Part shown: positions 28,861 through 38,997 of the stretch, one piece after another | Position numbering within the stretch: position 1 is the stretch's first letter | Layout: each line of letters opens with the position of its first letter | Virus record (IMG/VR): IMGVR_UViG_3300035698_019443 | Span: 40,265-104,264 of that record | Length of the DNA stretch: 64,000 bases | Source: a virus | Direction: 5' to 3' (one strand) | Translations under genes and position numbers: made by a program | The notes under the pieces: model-generated | Told to the model about the DNA's origin: nothing | What the model saw: the letters and a program-made list of their open reading frames with translations, nothing else | The model's database searches: none

Positions 28861-29781
28861 CTACTCTCCTTTTCCGCGGGACACGAGCCAACCGACGCCG
28901 ACTGCCGCGGCAGCCCACATGAGGGGGTTCGCTTGAATCGACGCCGTGATCTTCTCCATCAACGTCGGGGGCACGACGATCGGCGGCAGCACGATAATCG
29001 GCTCGGGGACGACGGGGGGCTCGGGGTAGACTTCTGGCGGGTCCAGCTGCGCCTCTTCCTCCTCGTCGAGTATCTGTTGCTCGGTGACCTTGGGGTCCTC
29101 GGCCTGGGCCGCGAGCTGCGCCGCGATCTTCGCCTCCTCTACTCGTTTGTCCGCCGCGGCCTTCGCCTCCGCGAGCTTGTCGGCTGCGGCCTTCGCCTCA
29201 GCGATCTTCGCCGCCGCTTCCCGATCTGCCTTGGCCTTCGCCGCGGCGCTCACCCGTGCCGCCGCGATATCTGTGGCAGCCTTCGCCGCGACTTGCGCCA
29301 CGTAGAGTTTCTCCTGCGCGTCCTTCGCCGCTGCCTCCTGTGCGAGCTTGGCGTCCTTCGCTGCGCTGATACGCGCTTGCAGCTCACGTTGTCGAGCGAG
29401 ATCCGCCGCAGCCTTCGCGTCTAGCGCCCGCTGTGCCACCGCGCTCTGCTCCATTAGAGTCTTCGCATGAAGCGCGGTCTGCTCCGCAGCCTTCGCCGTG
29501 GCCTCTTGCACCTCGGCGGCTTTCGCTGCGACGAGCGCCGCCTCTTTCGCGGCGAGGTCTGCCTTCGCTGCGATCGACGTCCGCACCGCGAGCTCCTGCG
29601 TCCGTGTCAACGAGGCCGCAGGGGCGAGCGGCGAGACGGGGACGTACTTCACTGCCTTCTCGGCGAGCGCCTCCTTCTGGACGGCGACGATCTTGGCGAC
29701 GACGAGCTCTCCCTTGACAGTGGCAATAGAGGGCACGATAGGCGCGACCGGCACAAAGGGCTTCGCGTAGTAGTTGATCAC
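28861..29781 (-). CDS. Ala/Lys/Glu coiled-coil protein with C-terminal anchor
   Basis: Long AAKA helix, Pro-rich linker, PLMWAAAAVGVGWLV. Confidence 0.7.
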   Translation of the reverse strand: MINYYAKPFVPVAPIVPSIATVKGELVVAKIVAVQKEALAEKAVKYVPVSPLAPAASLTRTQELAVRTSIAAKADLAAKEAALVAAKAAEVQEATAKAAEQTALHAKTLMEQSAVAQRALDAKAAADLARQRELQARISAAKDAKLAQEAAAKDAQEKLYVAQVAAKAATDIAAARVSAAAKAKADREAAAKIAEAKAAADKLAEAKAAADKRVEEAKIAAQLAAQAEDPKVTEQQILDEEEEAQLDPPEVYPEPPVVPEPIIVLPPIVVPPTLMEKITASIQANPLMWAAAAVGVGWLVSRGKGE

Positions 29782-30189
29782 AATTCCTCCCGAATGCCCT
29801 TCTGGCTCACGTAGATCAGCACGCCGCCGATGATGACCGCCGCGCCGGCGATGTAGGTGATCGGCTTACTCGTGATCGGGCCGGCGGGGTTGAGCCACGC
29901 GACGATGCCCGTCGGGGTCGGCGGATAGTCGGTGTTGCCGCCGCCACCACCCGTGATCTCCACCCCAGAGGCGACGATGTTCTCGAGCTGTGTAGTCGCG
30001 TCGCTGACGGCGACGATGAGGGCGTCCCACGTCGCGTCGACAATACCTGGCGTGCGCCCTGCGGCGAAGACCGCCGAGGCCTGCGCGAGGCTCGCCGCAG
30101 TCTGGTCAATGAGCGGACCATGCGTCGGTTGCTGCACGAGTACTGCTGTTTGGAGAGCGAGCCTCTGCGCCAACCCTCGGAGTTCACGA

Positions 30190-30197
<8 letters not shown>
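29778..30197 (-). CDS. C-tail-anchored membrane protein
   Basis: Ends YIAGAAVIIGGVLIYVSQK... Confidence 0.65.
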
Positions 30198-30753
<556 letters not shown>

Positions 30754-31257
30754 CTACTTTACCTTTCGGGCACGCCGCGCCATGGAAGCGGTGCGTGGCC
30801 CTGCGACTGGGTCGATGATTACTGGTTGTTTGTGCTGGTCGAGGGCGACTGCGAAGACGTGCGTGAAGGAGCCTTTCTCCTTGAATGCGACGCGGACGAT
30901 CTTGCACTGGATGCCGATGGTCCGCAGGGCAGCGACGAGGAAGACCGTCGCGTCGTCACAGTCGCCTACGAAGCGTCCAGTGCGTTGGATCGCCTCGATG
31001 ACCGCCTCGGGGTCGCGAACGAGCTCGACGTCCCTAGGGTCTGGGAGAAAGGTGTAGCGCCGATTGAACCAGTCGTAGACCGCTGCGATCTGCGAGAGCT
31101 TGTCGCGATCGCGCACATGCCGAACGATGTCCTCGACGAGGTTTCGTAGTCGAAGTGACTGCTCCCCACGCGGAGATTGCACGAGTTTCTCCATCTCGTC
31201 GACCGTTCTTTGTGTGCCCTGATACTGGACTGTTTTGTGCGGGGGAAGCTGAGCCAT
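30754..31257 (-). CDS. Transglutaminase-like cysteine protease
   Basis: GDCDD, THVF, IIDP (Cys-His-Asp triad); TACAAT 7 nt before ATG. Confidence 0.85.
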   Translation of the reverse strand: MAQLPPHKTVQYQGTQRTVDEMEKLVQSPRGEQSLRLRNLVEDIVRHVRDRDKLSQIAAVYDWFNRRYTFLPDPRDVELVRDPEAVIEAIQRTGRFVGDCDDATVFLVAALRTIGIQCKIVRVAFKEKGSFTHVFAVALDQHKQPVIIDPVAGPRTASMARRARKVK

Positions 31258-31270
31258 GAGTACGATTGTA

Positions 31271-31612
31271 CTACGAGAGAATACTAGTTGCGAGTGAGGC
31301 CCCGCCGAAGGTCCCGTGCCAGAAGATGCCGCCGTCACGGGCGGCTTCGTCCTCAACGAGCGAGGGACCGACGCCTGGATCGCCGCCGTTGTCCTCGAGC
31401 TCAAGCGAGGTGCCGATCTCGATGGGCGGAGCGAAAGCAGCCTGCGGCACTGCGACCTGCGTTGGCGCCGTCGAGGAGGCCAACGTCGCGAGGACCCCGA
31501 CCGTCAGTCCGATCACGGCGCCGTTCGTCGTGTCCTTCTTCAGGAGCTTCGCGCCAACCGCACCCGCAGCCCCGGCCAGTCCAATGTAATACAACGTGCT
31601 AGCTAAACTCAT
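31271..31612 (-). CDS. Two-TM membrane protein
   Basis: Two hydrophobic N-terminal helices. Confidence 0.6.
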   Translation of the reverse strand: MSLASTLYYIGLAGAAGAVGAKLLKKDTTNGAVIGLTVGVLATLASSTAPTQVAVPQAAFAPPIEIGTSLELEDNGGDPGVGPSLVEDEAARDGGIFWHGTFGGASLATSILS

Positions 31613-31630
31613 GCGTAGAACCTTTCCCTT

Positions 31631-32017
31631 CTATCCTCTTATTGGCGATTGCGTCGCGAACCACACACTCATTAGCTCTCGTTCTCTTGCGGCAAACTCT
31701 GCCGCCGTATACGCACCTTCGCTGCGGCTTCTCCCTGCTTCTTCCGCAAGAACCCGACGGCGTACCAAAGCTCGTTGTTCCTCCTCACCGGGGAGTAACG
31801 GTAGGACCATGACTCCGCCCGTGATCCCGCCGTTCGATGTGGGCGCCGTCGAAGGAGCACCGCCGCCGTCCATCGTGCGAGGCGTCGTGGGCCGCAAGAG
31901 GACAGACCCCCCACTAAGCACGGCTGCGAGCGCCTTCAGTTCCGGTTTCTTGGTGAGAAGCCCGACAAAGAGGTAGCTCGCTGCAGCTGCGAACCCTGCC
32001 TTGAGTACTTGGCTCAT
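31631..32017 (-). CDS. Membrane protein
   Basis: ATGA overlap; hydrophobic N-terminus. Confidence 0.55.
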   Translation of the reverse strand: MSQVLKAGFAAAASYLFVGLLTKKPELKALAAVLSGGSVLLRPTTPRTMDGGGAPSTAPTSNGGITGGVMVLPLLPGEEEQRALVRRRVLAEEAGRSRSEGAYTAAEFAARERELMSVWFATQSPIRG

Positions 32018-32175
32018 GCTCTTACTCCTGGTACGAGCCCCGAGGTGAGAGCGAGGAGCCCGAGAGCTCCAATCCCTGCGCCTGCGATCGGACTCTGCTC
32101 GATTGTGTGTGCGAGAACCGCCCCTGCGCCAGCGGCGGCAAGGAGCAACCAGAAAGATCCGCTCGTTGGACTCAT
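32014..32175 (-). CDS. Small two-TM protein
   Basis: 53 aa; ATGA overlaps on both sides. Confidence 0.55.
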   Translation of the reverse strand: MSPTSGSFWLLLAAAGAGAVLAHTIEQSPIAGAGIGALGLLALTSGLVPGVRA

Positions 32176-32462
32176 ATTGACTCCTTCGCCCCAACGCTCG
32201 CCCGGTACGCTGCCATCGTGGCTTGGCTCTCTTCCCACGACGCGGGGGGCGGCGTCTGCGGTAGCCAGCTCGTCATAGCTGCGATCTCGGCGTCCTGCTC
32301 GGCGGGCGTTCGCAGACTGAACGCGAGTTGTCCAAGGCCCGCCGCAGCCCCAACGCCATACTGCACCATTTGATTATCGGTGAACTTTCCCACGAGCCAC
32401 CAAGTCGAGTGCCCCGTGAAATACGCGAGGAGCAGCTTGAGCGGGAGGTCCAGACTACTCAT
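32172..32462 (-). CDS. Small two-TM protein
   Basis: MSSLDLPLKLLLAYF...; ATGA overlaps. Confidence 0.55.
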   Translation of the reverse strand: MSSLDLPLKLLLAYFTGHSTWWLVGKFTDNQMVQYGVGAAAGLGQLAFSLRTPAEQDAEIAAMTSWLPQTPPPASWEESQATMAAYRASVGAKESI

Positions 32463-32854
32463 ATCGTGTCCCCGTTGTCCCCGCCGTCGTCGTTGATCAG
32501 GGAGAGGGCGATGGCAGCGGCGTCGTCGACGGCGTCCCCAACGGCGCCCGTCGCTTTGTCGACGAGGGTGTTGGCGACGACCGCGGCGCTCTGGTCGACG
32601 GCGTACTTCGCGCCGATGCCCAGGAGAGCTCCGACGATCGCTCCGGTGACAGCGCTTCGCCCTGTGATGAACGCGAGGAGCCCTGTCGCGCCGGCGCCGA
32701 TGCCAGCCCACTTCGCCGACTCCGCGTAGTTTGGTGGAGTGTCCAGCCCGAGGGGGTAGCGGACGACAGCATAGTCAATGGGGGCGACTCGCCCGTTGCG
32801 AGAAACCTGTACGCGTTGGTTGTTTGTGCCGTAGGGGTAACGGGGAGTTCTCAT
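32459..32854 (-). CDS. Two-TM protein, first gene of the membrane operon
   Basis: TATCCT 6 nt before ATG; Gly-zipper helices. Confidence 0.65.
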   Translation of the reverse strand: MRTPRYPYGTNNQRVQVSRNGRVAPIDYAVVRYPLGLDTPPNYAESAKWAGIGAGATGLLAFITGRSAVTGAIVGALLGIGAKYAVDQSAAVVANTLVDKATGAVGDAVDDAAAIALSLINDDGGDNGDTI

Positions 32855-32899
32855 AGATCGAGGATACTAGGCTCAGATCGAGACTGCAAACGGGCGGAG

Positions 32900-33397
32900 T
32901 CAGCCCTCCTCTTCGAACTCCAGCTCGTCGGGTCGGGCGAACAGCTCCCACTCGACCTCCCACCATTCCTCGCCGTCTTCCTCGATCTGCTCCCCCTTCG
33001 AGTCCTCGATCATCGCCTCGGGGTCTGCGTTCTCTGGATCGATCCACTCCGAGCCGTCCCACAAGTAGAGCTCCTCTGGCGGCACGCTGTTACGCGTCTT
33101 CCAAGCGTCAGCCAGCGCATCGCGGGTGCCCTCGGTGTCCTTCTCCGCAGTGATGAGGTCTCGATCGAAGGCCAAGACGACAGGCACCCACCCCTCCTCT
33201 GGGTTGTCAGTGTTCGCCTCGGCGTGCTGCTCGAGCTTGTTGGCCCAGTAGGCGACCGCCTCGAACTCCGTCACAAAGAGCCAGCCCTCGCTGTAGGTTG
33301 CGTACCCGCCGCCAAAGGTCTGCCCCGCGCCGGGAATGAGCCCGTGCGCTCGGATATTGGCAAGACGGTGTAGGTAGGTAACGTGATAGACCGGCAT
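32900..33397 (-). CDS. ADP-ribosyltransferase-fold protein (KptA/Tpt1-like) with acidic tail
   Basis: VYHVT....L.NI...GL.P, LFVT, VVL, W.T...VPP. Confidence 0.6.
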   Translation of the reverse strand: MPVYHVTYLHRLANIRAHGLIPGAGQTFGGGYATYSEGWLFVTEFEAVAYWANKLEQHAEANTDNPEEGWVPVVLAFDRDLITAEKDTEGTRDALADAWKTRNSVPPEELYLWDGSEWIDPENADPEAMIEDSKGEQIEEDGEEWWEVEWELFARPDELEFEEEG

Positions 33398-33461
33398 GGG
33401 ACGAGTGTATCAGGGCTCCCGTGCGGGTGGAAGCTCGGCGGGCGTCATTAGCGCAGGTGCC

Positions 33462-33764
33462 TCATAGCCCCACGAGCTCTCGCCCGCCGTTCACCGCGTC
33501 CTCGGTGATGCGAACCCCTGGAACGAAAGAGAGAGCCTCGGCCACGGCGTAGCTCCCGTCGGGGTTCTTCTGCTGCGTCGTGATCTGCACGAGACAACCC
33601 ACACCGGGGATCTCCATCGCCTTCGTCGACTTCATCCAACCCTCGTCCTCGGATGACGCCTTGCACAAGAGCCGAAACATATCCCCGTCGCCGAAGACCT
33701 TGATGTCCTTCACATTGACCCTGGCTTGCGAAACAGTGCTGTTGTGTAGTGTCTTTTCACACAT
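33462..33764 (-). CDS. Conserved phage hypothetical protein
   Basis: KASS..EGWMKSTKAM...GC.VQ.TTQQ motif, recalled from diverse phages. Confidence 0.65.
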   Translation of the reverse strand: MCEKTLHNSTVSQARVNVKDIKVFGDGDMFRLLCKASSEDEGWMKSTKAMEIPGVGCLVQITTQQKNPDGSYAVAEALSFVPGVRITEDAVNGGRELVGL

Positions 33765-33782
33765 GCTGGTCCTTCTTTCCTT

Positions 33783-34136
33783 CTATTCAAAGAGCCCAAT
33801 GAACTCGTGGACGCAGGAGACGCCGGGGCAGGCGACGACGAGGAGTCCCGTCCCGTCCATGATCCCCTCGTCGTCCGTGTAGGCAGTCGTCTCGAAGATG
33901 ATTGAGCAGAACGGGTCGGGGTTGCCCTCATCGCGGATCAGAAACTCCCCACACTCGCCTCCATCGAAAGCCACTGTCCACTCCCCCTCGGCGGCGGAGT
34001 AGATGCTCTCGTCGCACGAGCCGTGCGTCGCTGTCCAGGTGACGGCGTACTCACCTTCCGGCGTGTAGCACTCGTCAATAGGGTCTCCGACGCAAGCCCC
34101 GAGAAGCAGCGTGAGGCCGAGCAGTAGATACCTCAT
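33783..34136 (-). CDS. Cys-rich acidic lipoprotein
   Basis: MRYLLLGLTLLLGA-C lipobox. Confidence 0.75.
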   Translation of the reverse strand: MRYLLLGLTLLLGACVGDPIDECYTPEGEYAVTWTATHGSCDESIYSAAEGEWTVAFDGGECGEFLIRDEGNPDPFCSIIFETTAYTDDEGIMDGTGLLVVACPGVSCVHEFIGLFE

Positions 34137-34432
34137 GGCGTCCCCCTTGTGGCGAGCAGCTCGACGATGGCGCAGAGCGCCTCGTTGTTGATGGACAGCG
34201 GCGACTCAGACCACAGCTCGTGAAGGCTTGCGGCCTTCAATGAGAGCGCAACGCCGCCGGGTGTCGCGCCAAACATCGCCCACGCCTCGTCAGCCCGCAT
34301 GCGGCGTAGGGTGTAGGTGCCAGAATAGGAGCTCACGATACTAAACTCCTCGACGCCGATCGACTCCCCAACGAACTTCACGAGGTCTTCGCCGCTTGCC
34401 ACGGCGCGCACGCCCTCTACTACCTCAACCAT
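34133..34432 (-). CDS. Hypothetical protein
   Basis: GGAGG SD; overlapping neighbours. Confidence 0.55.
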   Translation of the reverse strand: MVEVVEGVRAVASGEDLVKFVGESIGVEEFSIVSSYSGTYTLRRMRADEAWAMFGATPGGVALSLKAASLHELWSESPLSINNEALCAIVELLATRGTP

Positions 34433-34784
34433 GGTCGTCCTCCTCTATACCGATAAGTTCGATCAGCCGATCGGCCACGCGCCTCGCTCCGCCCCGGTAC
34501 ATCTCCACCGCGAGCCGCAGGAGCTCGATGCGTTGGACCGATACGCACCCAAGTCTGAGGAGGGGGTCGACGGAGACGAGCGGCGTCGGTGCGTCCTGTG
34601 GGGCGAAGCGCAACTCGGCGAGTCGCGTCCTCCCTTTGGGGGTTAGCTTCCACGCATTCGACTTGAGGGTAAGGCAACACAACTCCGCGTCGTGCGCCTC
34701 GTGGCATATTCCGCCCTTTTTGTGACTGCGTACCACGTCGAGGCTCGACAGAAAGTCCAACAGCTTCTGGTCTTTGTCAGTCAC
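34425..34784 (-). CDS. Hypothetical protein
   Basis: GTG start overlapping the upstream gene end. Confidence 0.5.
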   Translation of the reverse strand: MTDKDQKLLDFLSSLDVVRSHKKGGICHEAHDAELCCLTLKSNAWKLTPKGRTRLAELRFAPQDAPTPLVSVDPLLRLGCVSVQRIELLRLAVEMYRGGARRVADRLIELIGIEEDDHG

Positions 34785-35061
34785 TGTCGTCACCCCTTGC
34801 GTTGATCGTCCGGTGGAGTTGCTCGATACGGTGGTCATGCTCGAGGCGCCCGTCCTCGAGATGTCGAATCTCGGCCTCCAGGGACGTGACCTGGAGCACG
34901 GACGCATCGACGTACCCCTGTCGGTCTACCAACTCGCGCTCGGCTCGGCCAAGATCATCTCGGGCGCTCTCTAGTTCCTTGAATGCCTTGGCGCGGTTGC
35001 CCTCTTCTTCCGAGAGCACCAGCTCCAGTCCGCGGACGATGAATTCTTCCTCTTTGTTCAT
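34777..35061 (-). CDS. Coiled-coil protein
   Basis: Heptad pattern. Confidence 0.55.
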   Translation of the reverse strand: MNKEEEFIVRGLELVLSEEEGNRAKAFKELESARDDLGRAERELVDRQGYVDASVLQVTSLEAEIRHLEDGRLEHDHRIEQLHRTINARGDDSD

Positions 35062-35071
35062 GTCTTGCCTT

Positions 35072-35626
35072 TCAGGGCCATTGTTTGCCGCCGATCAGAT
35101 CGTAGAACCGGCGGGCGTTCTTTGTCGATTTGTGAGCTCTCGCCCACTCTTCCGTCATACACTGTGAGGACCCGTAGCTCCCCAGCCATCGCCAGGTCGA
35201 CCCACCGCAGCGATCTCTCGAGTAGGCAAGGAACGCCGCCCCGGTATAGATCTGGCACTCCGCTCCCTCAAGCGCCTTCGTGCAGTACCCTGGGCGGAAG
35301 TTCAGGGCGACCCCGTGCGTCTGCATGAGACCGATCTCGAAGCGCGGCTCTGGGCCAACGGCGAACTCGTCGAGGTTCGACTCACGCTTGGCAATCGCAA
35401 CGAGCAGGAGAGGGTCGAGGTGGTTCTCTTCCCCCGCCAAGTTGAAGAGCTTCGCGAGCCGAAGCGCTTCTACATCGCCGTGCGCTGGTTGGAGTGTTTG
35501 GATCGCCGCGGCGGTCTCGGCGGCGTCTTCGTCGCCATCCCCGTAAGCTCGTAGCGCCGTCAGGAGAATAGCAACGAAGAGCACCGCCATGACCAAAAGG
35601 GTGTCGCGTGTGTCAGGTGATATCAT
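35072..35626 (-). CDS. Lytic transglycosylase (SLT) with N-terminal anchor
   Basis: LDPLLLVAIAKRES, IGLMQ, GAAFL, SY. Confidence 0.88.
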   Translation of the reverse strand: MISPDTRDTLLVMAVLFVAILLTALRAYGDGDEDAAETAAAIQTLQPAHGDVEALRLAKLFNLAGEENHLDPLLLVAIAKRESNLDEFAVGPEPRFEIGLMQTHGVALNFRPGYCTKALEGAECQIYTGAAFLAYSRDRCGGSTWRWLGSYGSSQCMTEEWARAHKSTKNARRFYDLIGGKQWP

Positions 35627-35803
35627 TCCCCCGTCTTCGCACGTTCCTGCCGTTTACGCAAGACCTCGCCCCCTCGCACCTTGTCGGCGTTCACGCACTC
35701 GCCGGCGTCGTCACGGATGGGCATCTGCCGCGTCCGCTCTTCGTAGATCTCAGTCGCGATATTCGACTGTTGGACGACGCGGGGCACTTCGACGCGCTTC
35801 TGC

Positions 35804-36241
35804 TTACCCCTCTTTCGGCTCATCTTCGACCTCCTCCTCCTTGTGGTCCTCGTAGACCGCCGAGGCGTAGTCAACGACGTCCGCCCACACCGTGTCGAGC
35901 CTCTGGTCGAACGCCACCAGATCATATAAGCCCAACGTCAGCGCAGGCCCCTCGGGTGGCGAAAGTGCGGCGATCAACGTAAACAGGCTCTTCTGCCGCG
36001 AAGTTAGCTCCGCGTCAATTGCCGCCGACTCGAATGCCGGCGCCACCTTCGCTGGCGCGGGGCCGAAGTTCATCGCCTTCAATCCCTCGAACGCCACCTT
36101 CCCCACATCCATCAGTCGTACGGCGTCCTTTGTCGGGACCGTCGAGTCCAGGTGGAACGTGGTCTCCTCTTCCCCCACTTCGACCGAGATGTCGGCTTTG
36201 GTGCCGTTGCCCTCGTGCTTCAAGATAATTGACGTTCCCAC
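35804..36241 (-). CDS. Hypothetical protein
   Basis: Clean ORF in operon. Confidence 0.55.
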   Translation of the reverse strand: MGTSIILKHEGNGTKADISVEVGEEETTFHLDSTVPTKDAVRLMDVGKVAFEGLKAMNFGPAPAKVAPAFESAAIDAELTSRQKSLFTLIAALSPPEGPALTLGLYDLVAFDQRLDTVWADVVDYASAVYEDHKEEEVEDEPKEG

Positions 36242-36244
36242 TCT

Positions 36245-36613
36245 CTACTCCTTCCCTTTCTCGTCCGTTTTCTTCGGCAACGGGGCGTTCTCTCGCACCC
36301 ACGCGGCGATCTCTTCTAGGCGGCAAGCAAAGTCCTCGACGTCGCCTTGGTACCTCTGGAGAGCCTCCTCTGTCGGCTCAGACCCGCACTCGGCAACAAC
36401 GGGGTTTGCCGAGACGGTCATCCCGACTTTTCGGTTGCCGCTGTCAGACCGAACAACCGACACCTCGAAGCACTGGTTGTCCCCCCGAACAAACCCGAGG
36501 ACGTCAACGCGTGACTCTACCCGCTTCGTCTCCGTGTCGCACGGACACCGCGTTCCGAGCGCGCGGCCTACGCTGTCCCTAAGAAGTTTGACCTCTTCGA
36601 CCTCTGTACTCAT
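36245..36613 (-). CDS. Hypothetical protein
   Basis: Clean ORF in operon. Confidence 0.55.
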   Translation of the reverse strand: MSTEVEEVKLLRDSVGRALGTRCPCDTETKRVESRVDVLGFVRGDNQCFEVSVVRSDSGNRKVGMTVSANPVVAECGSEPTEEALQRYQGDVEDFACRLEEIAAWVRENAPLPKKTDEKGKE

Positions 36614-36615
36614 CT

Positions 36616-38610
36616 CTATTCCTTCTTATCCCGCAGCGTATTCAACACTGCGTCGAAATAGCGCTGCCCTGCCATCGTCAGATCTCCGGGCTCAATTCCA
36701 AAAAACGTGTGGACCTCGGTGTTTGGCGCCCCTTGCAGGACGTCGTAGATCGTCGCCCGATCAAGGCTCGTAATCGGGAGGAAGTCAGGGATGAACACGT
36801 CGAGCGGCATGTCTTGCTCGACCGCGATCTCGATGCCCTCACGGATAAGCGCGACCCGCTGCTCCATCGTGAGCTCGGCGAGGTTCGGCGCAGCGGCGGG
36901 GGGCGCCGCTTCTGGGGATGGTGGCAGCGCGAGGTGCGCGCTGTCGATAGCCGCCTGCGCGTTTGCTGTCGACGTCTGACCTTGGTGCTGAGCCCACGCC
37001 GCGGCGGCGTCTGCCGCATTGGCCGGCGCCGCACCGGGGTTCGGCATCGGGGGAGCCCCTGGCGCCCCCATCCGAGCCGCGACGGCGTTGCCGAGAGCCG
37101 TGAACCCACTCGATCCGGCGAACTTGCCCGCTGCGTCGGCGAGCTTGCCCATGGTCGACTCCGCGACGGCAGCACCATCGCCAGCGACGAAGGACGCGCC
37201 GAGGCCCGAGGCCACGCCCTTGATGGTCTCGATGTTCTTCGCGAGGCCCTCGATATTGTCCATCGAGCCGCCCTTCGTCGCTGTGGCGGCGTCAATCTGG
37301 GCCTTCGTCAGATCCCCACGGAGCCCGTCGCCCGAGGCGCGGAGGGTAATGACTTCCGCCCGAAGCTCTGTGTTCGTCTCCCGCATGTCGGTGAGTTGCC
37401 CGTTCACGGCATCGAGCCTCGCCTGCATCCCCGTCTCGGCTGACTTGACCGAGTCGTCTCGTTGCGTCTTCGCTCGATCGCGGTCGTCCCGAGCCCTTTC
37501 CCGCTCGTCAAAGATTGCCTTATTGTGCTCGGCGATCAGAGTGAGTCGCTCCTCTGCCGTCTTTGCCCGCAAGTCAGAGATCGCCTGCTGATGCCCCAAG
37601 GACAGCGCCTGGTCGTTGGCCTGCGCCCGCTGAGCGGAGTCCGCGATCTCCTTTCGCATCGAGTCGATCTGGCCGAGGAGTGACTTCTCCCGCTCCGAGT
37701 CCACCTTCGGCTGTGACTCCATGAGCTTCAGCAACATGTCAGCGCTGCGGTCCTGGGGCGGGGGCGCCGGCGGCACAGCGACGATCTCGGCGAGCTTCGC
37801 GATCGCAGCCTCGATGCGAGCCGCGCTCCCCTCGGCTGCCGCGTCGCGAGGAGCCTCTCGATTCTTGAGTAGCGCCTCCAGCTGCATCTCGCTCTGCGCC
37901 GACATCTGCGCGACGAGCGCCTTGGCCACGCCACTGTCGGGCGCCACAACGGGAGCAGGGGCAGCGGAGGGCTGACGGGGAACGTCCTCGAAGCCCCGCG
38001 CTTCCCGGCGGACCCGACCTGCCTCAGACTTCGCCGCGGGGACAGGCTTGCGCTCAATCTGCGGCGCGATGCGAAGATTGTTGTAGCGTCCAAGGATCAG
38101 CCGCTCTCGTCCGCCCCGCGGGCCGACGAAGAGGACGTGATAGGTTCCCGAGCCGAAGTTTTCGGCGATGAAGTCATCGTCGAACGTGTCTGGCGACTGC
38201 TCGATTCGACGGAGCCGTCCCCGCTGGTCGTTGCCGTTGTCATCGAGCGCCGGCTTGTCTCGGTAGAGCTCGAAGTAGCACCGCTCGGGCTGCGCGATCG
38301 CGAACTCCGCAAAGTGGTCGACGAAGGCGAACAATGTCGCCGCACCGTACCGCTCGTCGTGTTCGAACTTCGTGATGACGGGCTCAGGTCCCTCCGCCGA
38401 GGTTGTGACGTCGCCTACTACCTCCTCTTCGTCGAAGCCGTCATCATCGAACTCTTCGTCCTCACTCGTTGGCACTAGGACCTCCTTCGGGGGTGGGGGC
38501 TGCCGGGGCGTCGGCGACGACTTCGAGCTTCGGCGCTTCGCGGGGGGCTTCGGTTTCGGCGACGACGGCGGTTGTGGCGCCTGTGTCCTCTTCATTGCTC
38601 GCGGGGCCAT
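36616..38610 (-). CDS. Large protein: globular N-domain, long coiled coil, Ala/Pro linker
   Basis: FGSGTYHV domain; heptads at roughly aa 300-470. Confidence 0.7.
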   Translation of the reverse strand: MAPRAMKRTQAPQPPSSPKPKPPAKRRSSKSSPTPRQPPPPKEVLVPTSEDEEFDDDGFDEEEVVGDVTTSAEGPEPVITKFEHDERYGAATLFAFVDHFAEFAIAQPERCYFELYRDKPALDDNGNDQRGRLRRIEQSPDTFDDDFIAENFGSGTYHVLFVGPRGGRERLILGRYNNLRIAPQIERKPVPAAKSEAGRVRREARGFEDVPRQPSAAPAPVVAPDSGVAKALVAQMSAQSEMQLEALLKNREAPRDAAAEGSAARIEAAIAKLAEIVAVPPAPPPQDRSADMLLKLMESQPKVDSEREKSLLGQIDSMRKEIADSAQRAQANDQALSLGHQQAISDLRAKTAEERLTLIAEHNKAIFDERERARDDRDRAKTQRDDSVKSAETGMQARLDAVNGQLTDMRETNTELRAEVITLRASGDGLRGDLTKAQIDAATATKGGSMDNIEGLAKNIETIKGVASGLGASFVAGDGAAVAESTMGKLADAAGKFAGSSGFTALGNAVAARMGAPGAPPMPNPGAAPANAADAAAAWAQHQGQTSTANAQAAIDSAHLALPPSPEAAPPAAAPNLAELTMEQRVALIREGIEIAVEQDMPLDVFIPDFLPITSLDRATIYDVLQGAPNTEVHTFFGIEPGDLTMAGQRYFDAVLNTLRDKKE

Positions 38611-38989
38611 TCGGTACTCCCATCCCTTCGAGGATCTTCTCGGCGCCGTCGATGATCAGCTGGAGGTCGACGTCTTCGACTTCGCCTCCTGCCGCGCCGA
38701 TGGCGAGGGCGAGCGCTCGTGCCTGTTGGCAGAACTCGGCGAGGCCGGGGACGACTTGTTGGACGACGTCCGCCGTGACGGCACCCTCGATTGCCTCGAG
38801 GCGGGCGTTCGCGTCACCGAGCCCGTCGTACACCAGCTCGGTGAGCTTGATGATGAGCTCCATCACCGTACCGTGGACGTCTCGCGGCTGTGCTCCCCGC
38901 TTCCGCATCCCCTTTTGGGCTGCCTTGGCCTCCTCGATGAGCTCCTCAAGTGCTTCGTCGATCGCCATCTCTTCTGGTTCGTTCGTCAT
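38462..38989 (-). CDS. Acidic helical protein
   Basis: Starts 8 nt after the upstream stop; 3' end overlaps the next gene. Confidence 0.6.
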   Translation of the reverse strand: MTNEPEEMAIDEALEELIEEAKAAQKGMRKRGAQPRDVHGTVMELIIKLTELVYDGLGDANARLEAIEGAVTADVVQQVVPGLAEFCQQARALALAIGAAGGEVEDVDLQLIIDGAEKILEGMGVPNGPASNEEDTGATTAVVAETEAPREAPKLEVVADAPAAPTPEGGPSANE

Positions 38990-38997
38990 TCTGCCCT

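Noticed and set aside
28861-29781. Host tolA or tape-measure gene
   Set aside because: Anchor is C-terminal, no tolQR/tolB or tail genes are present, and the similarity is compositional
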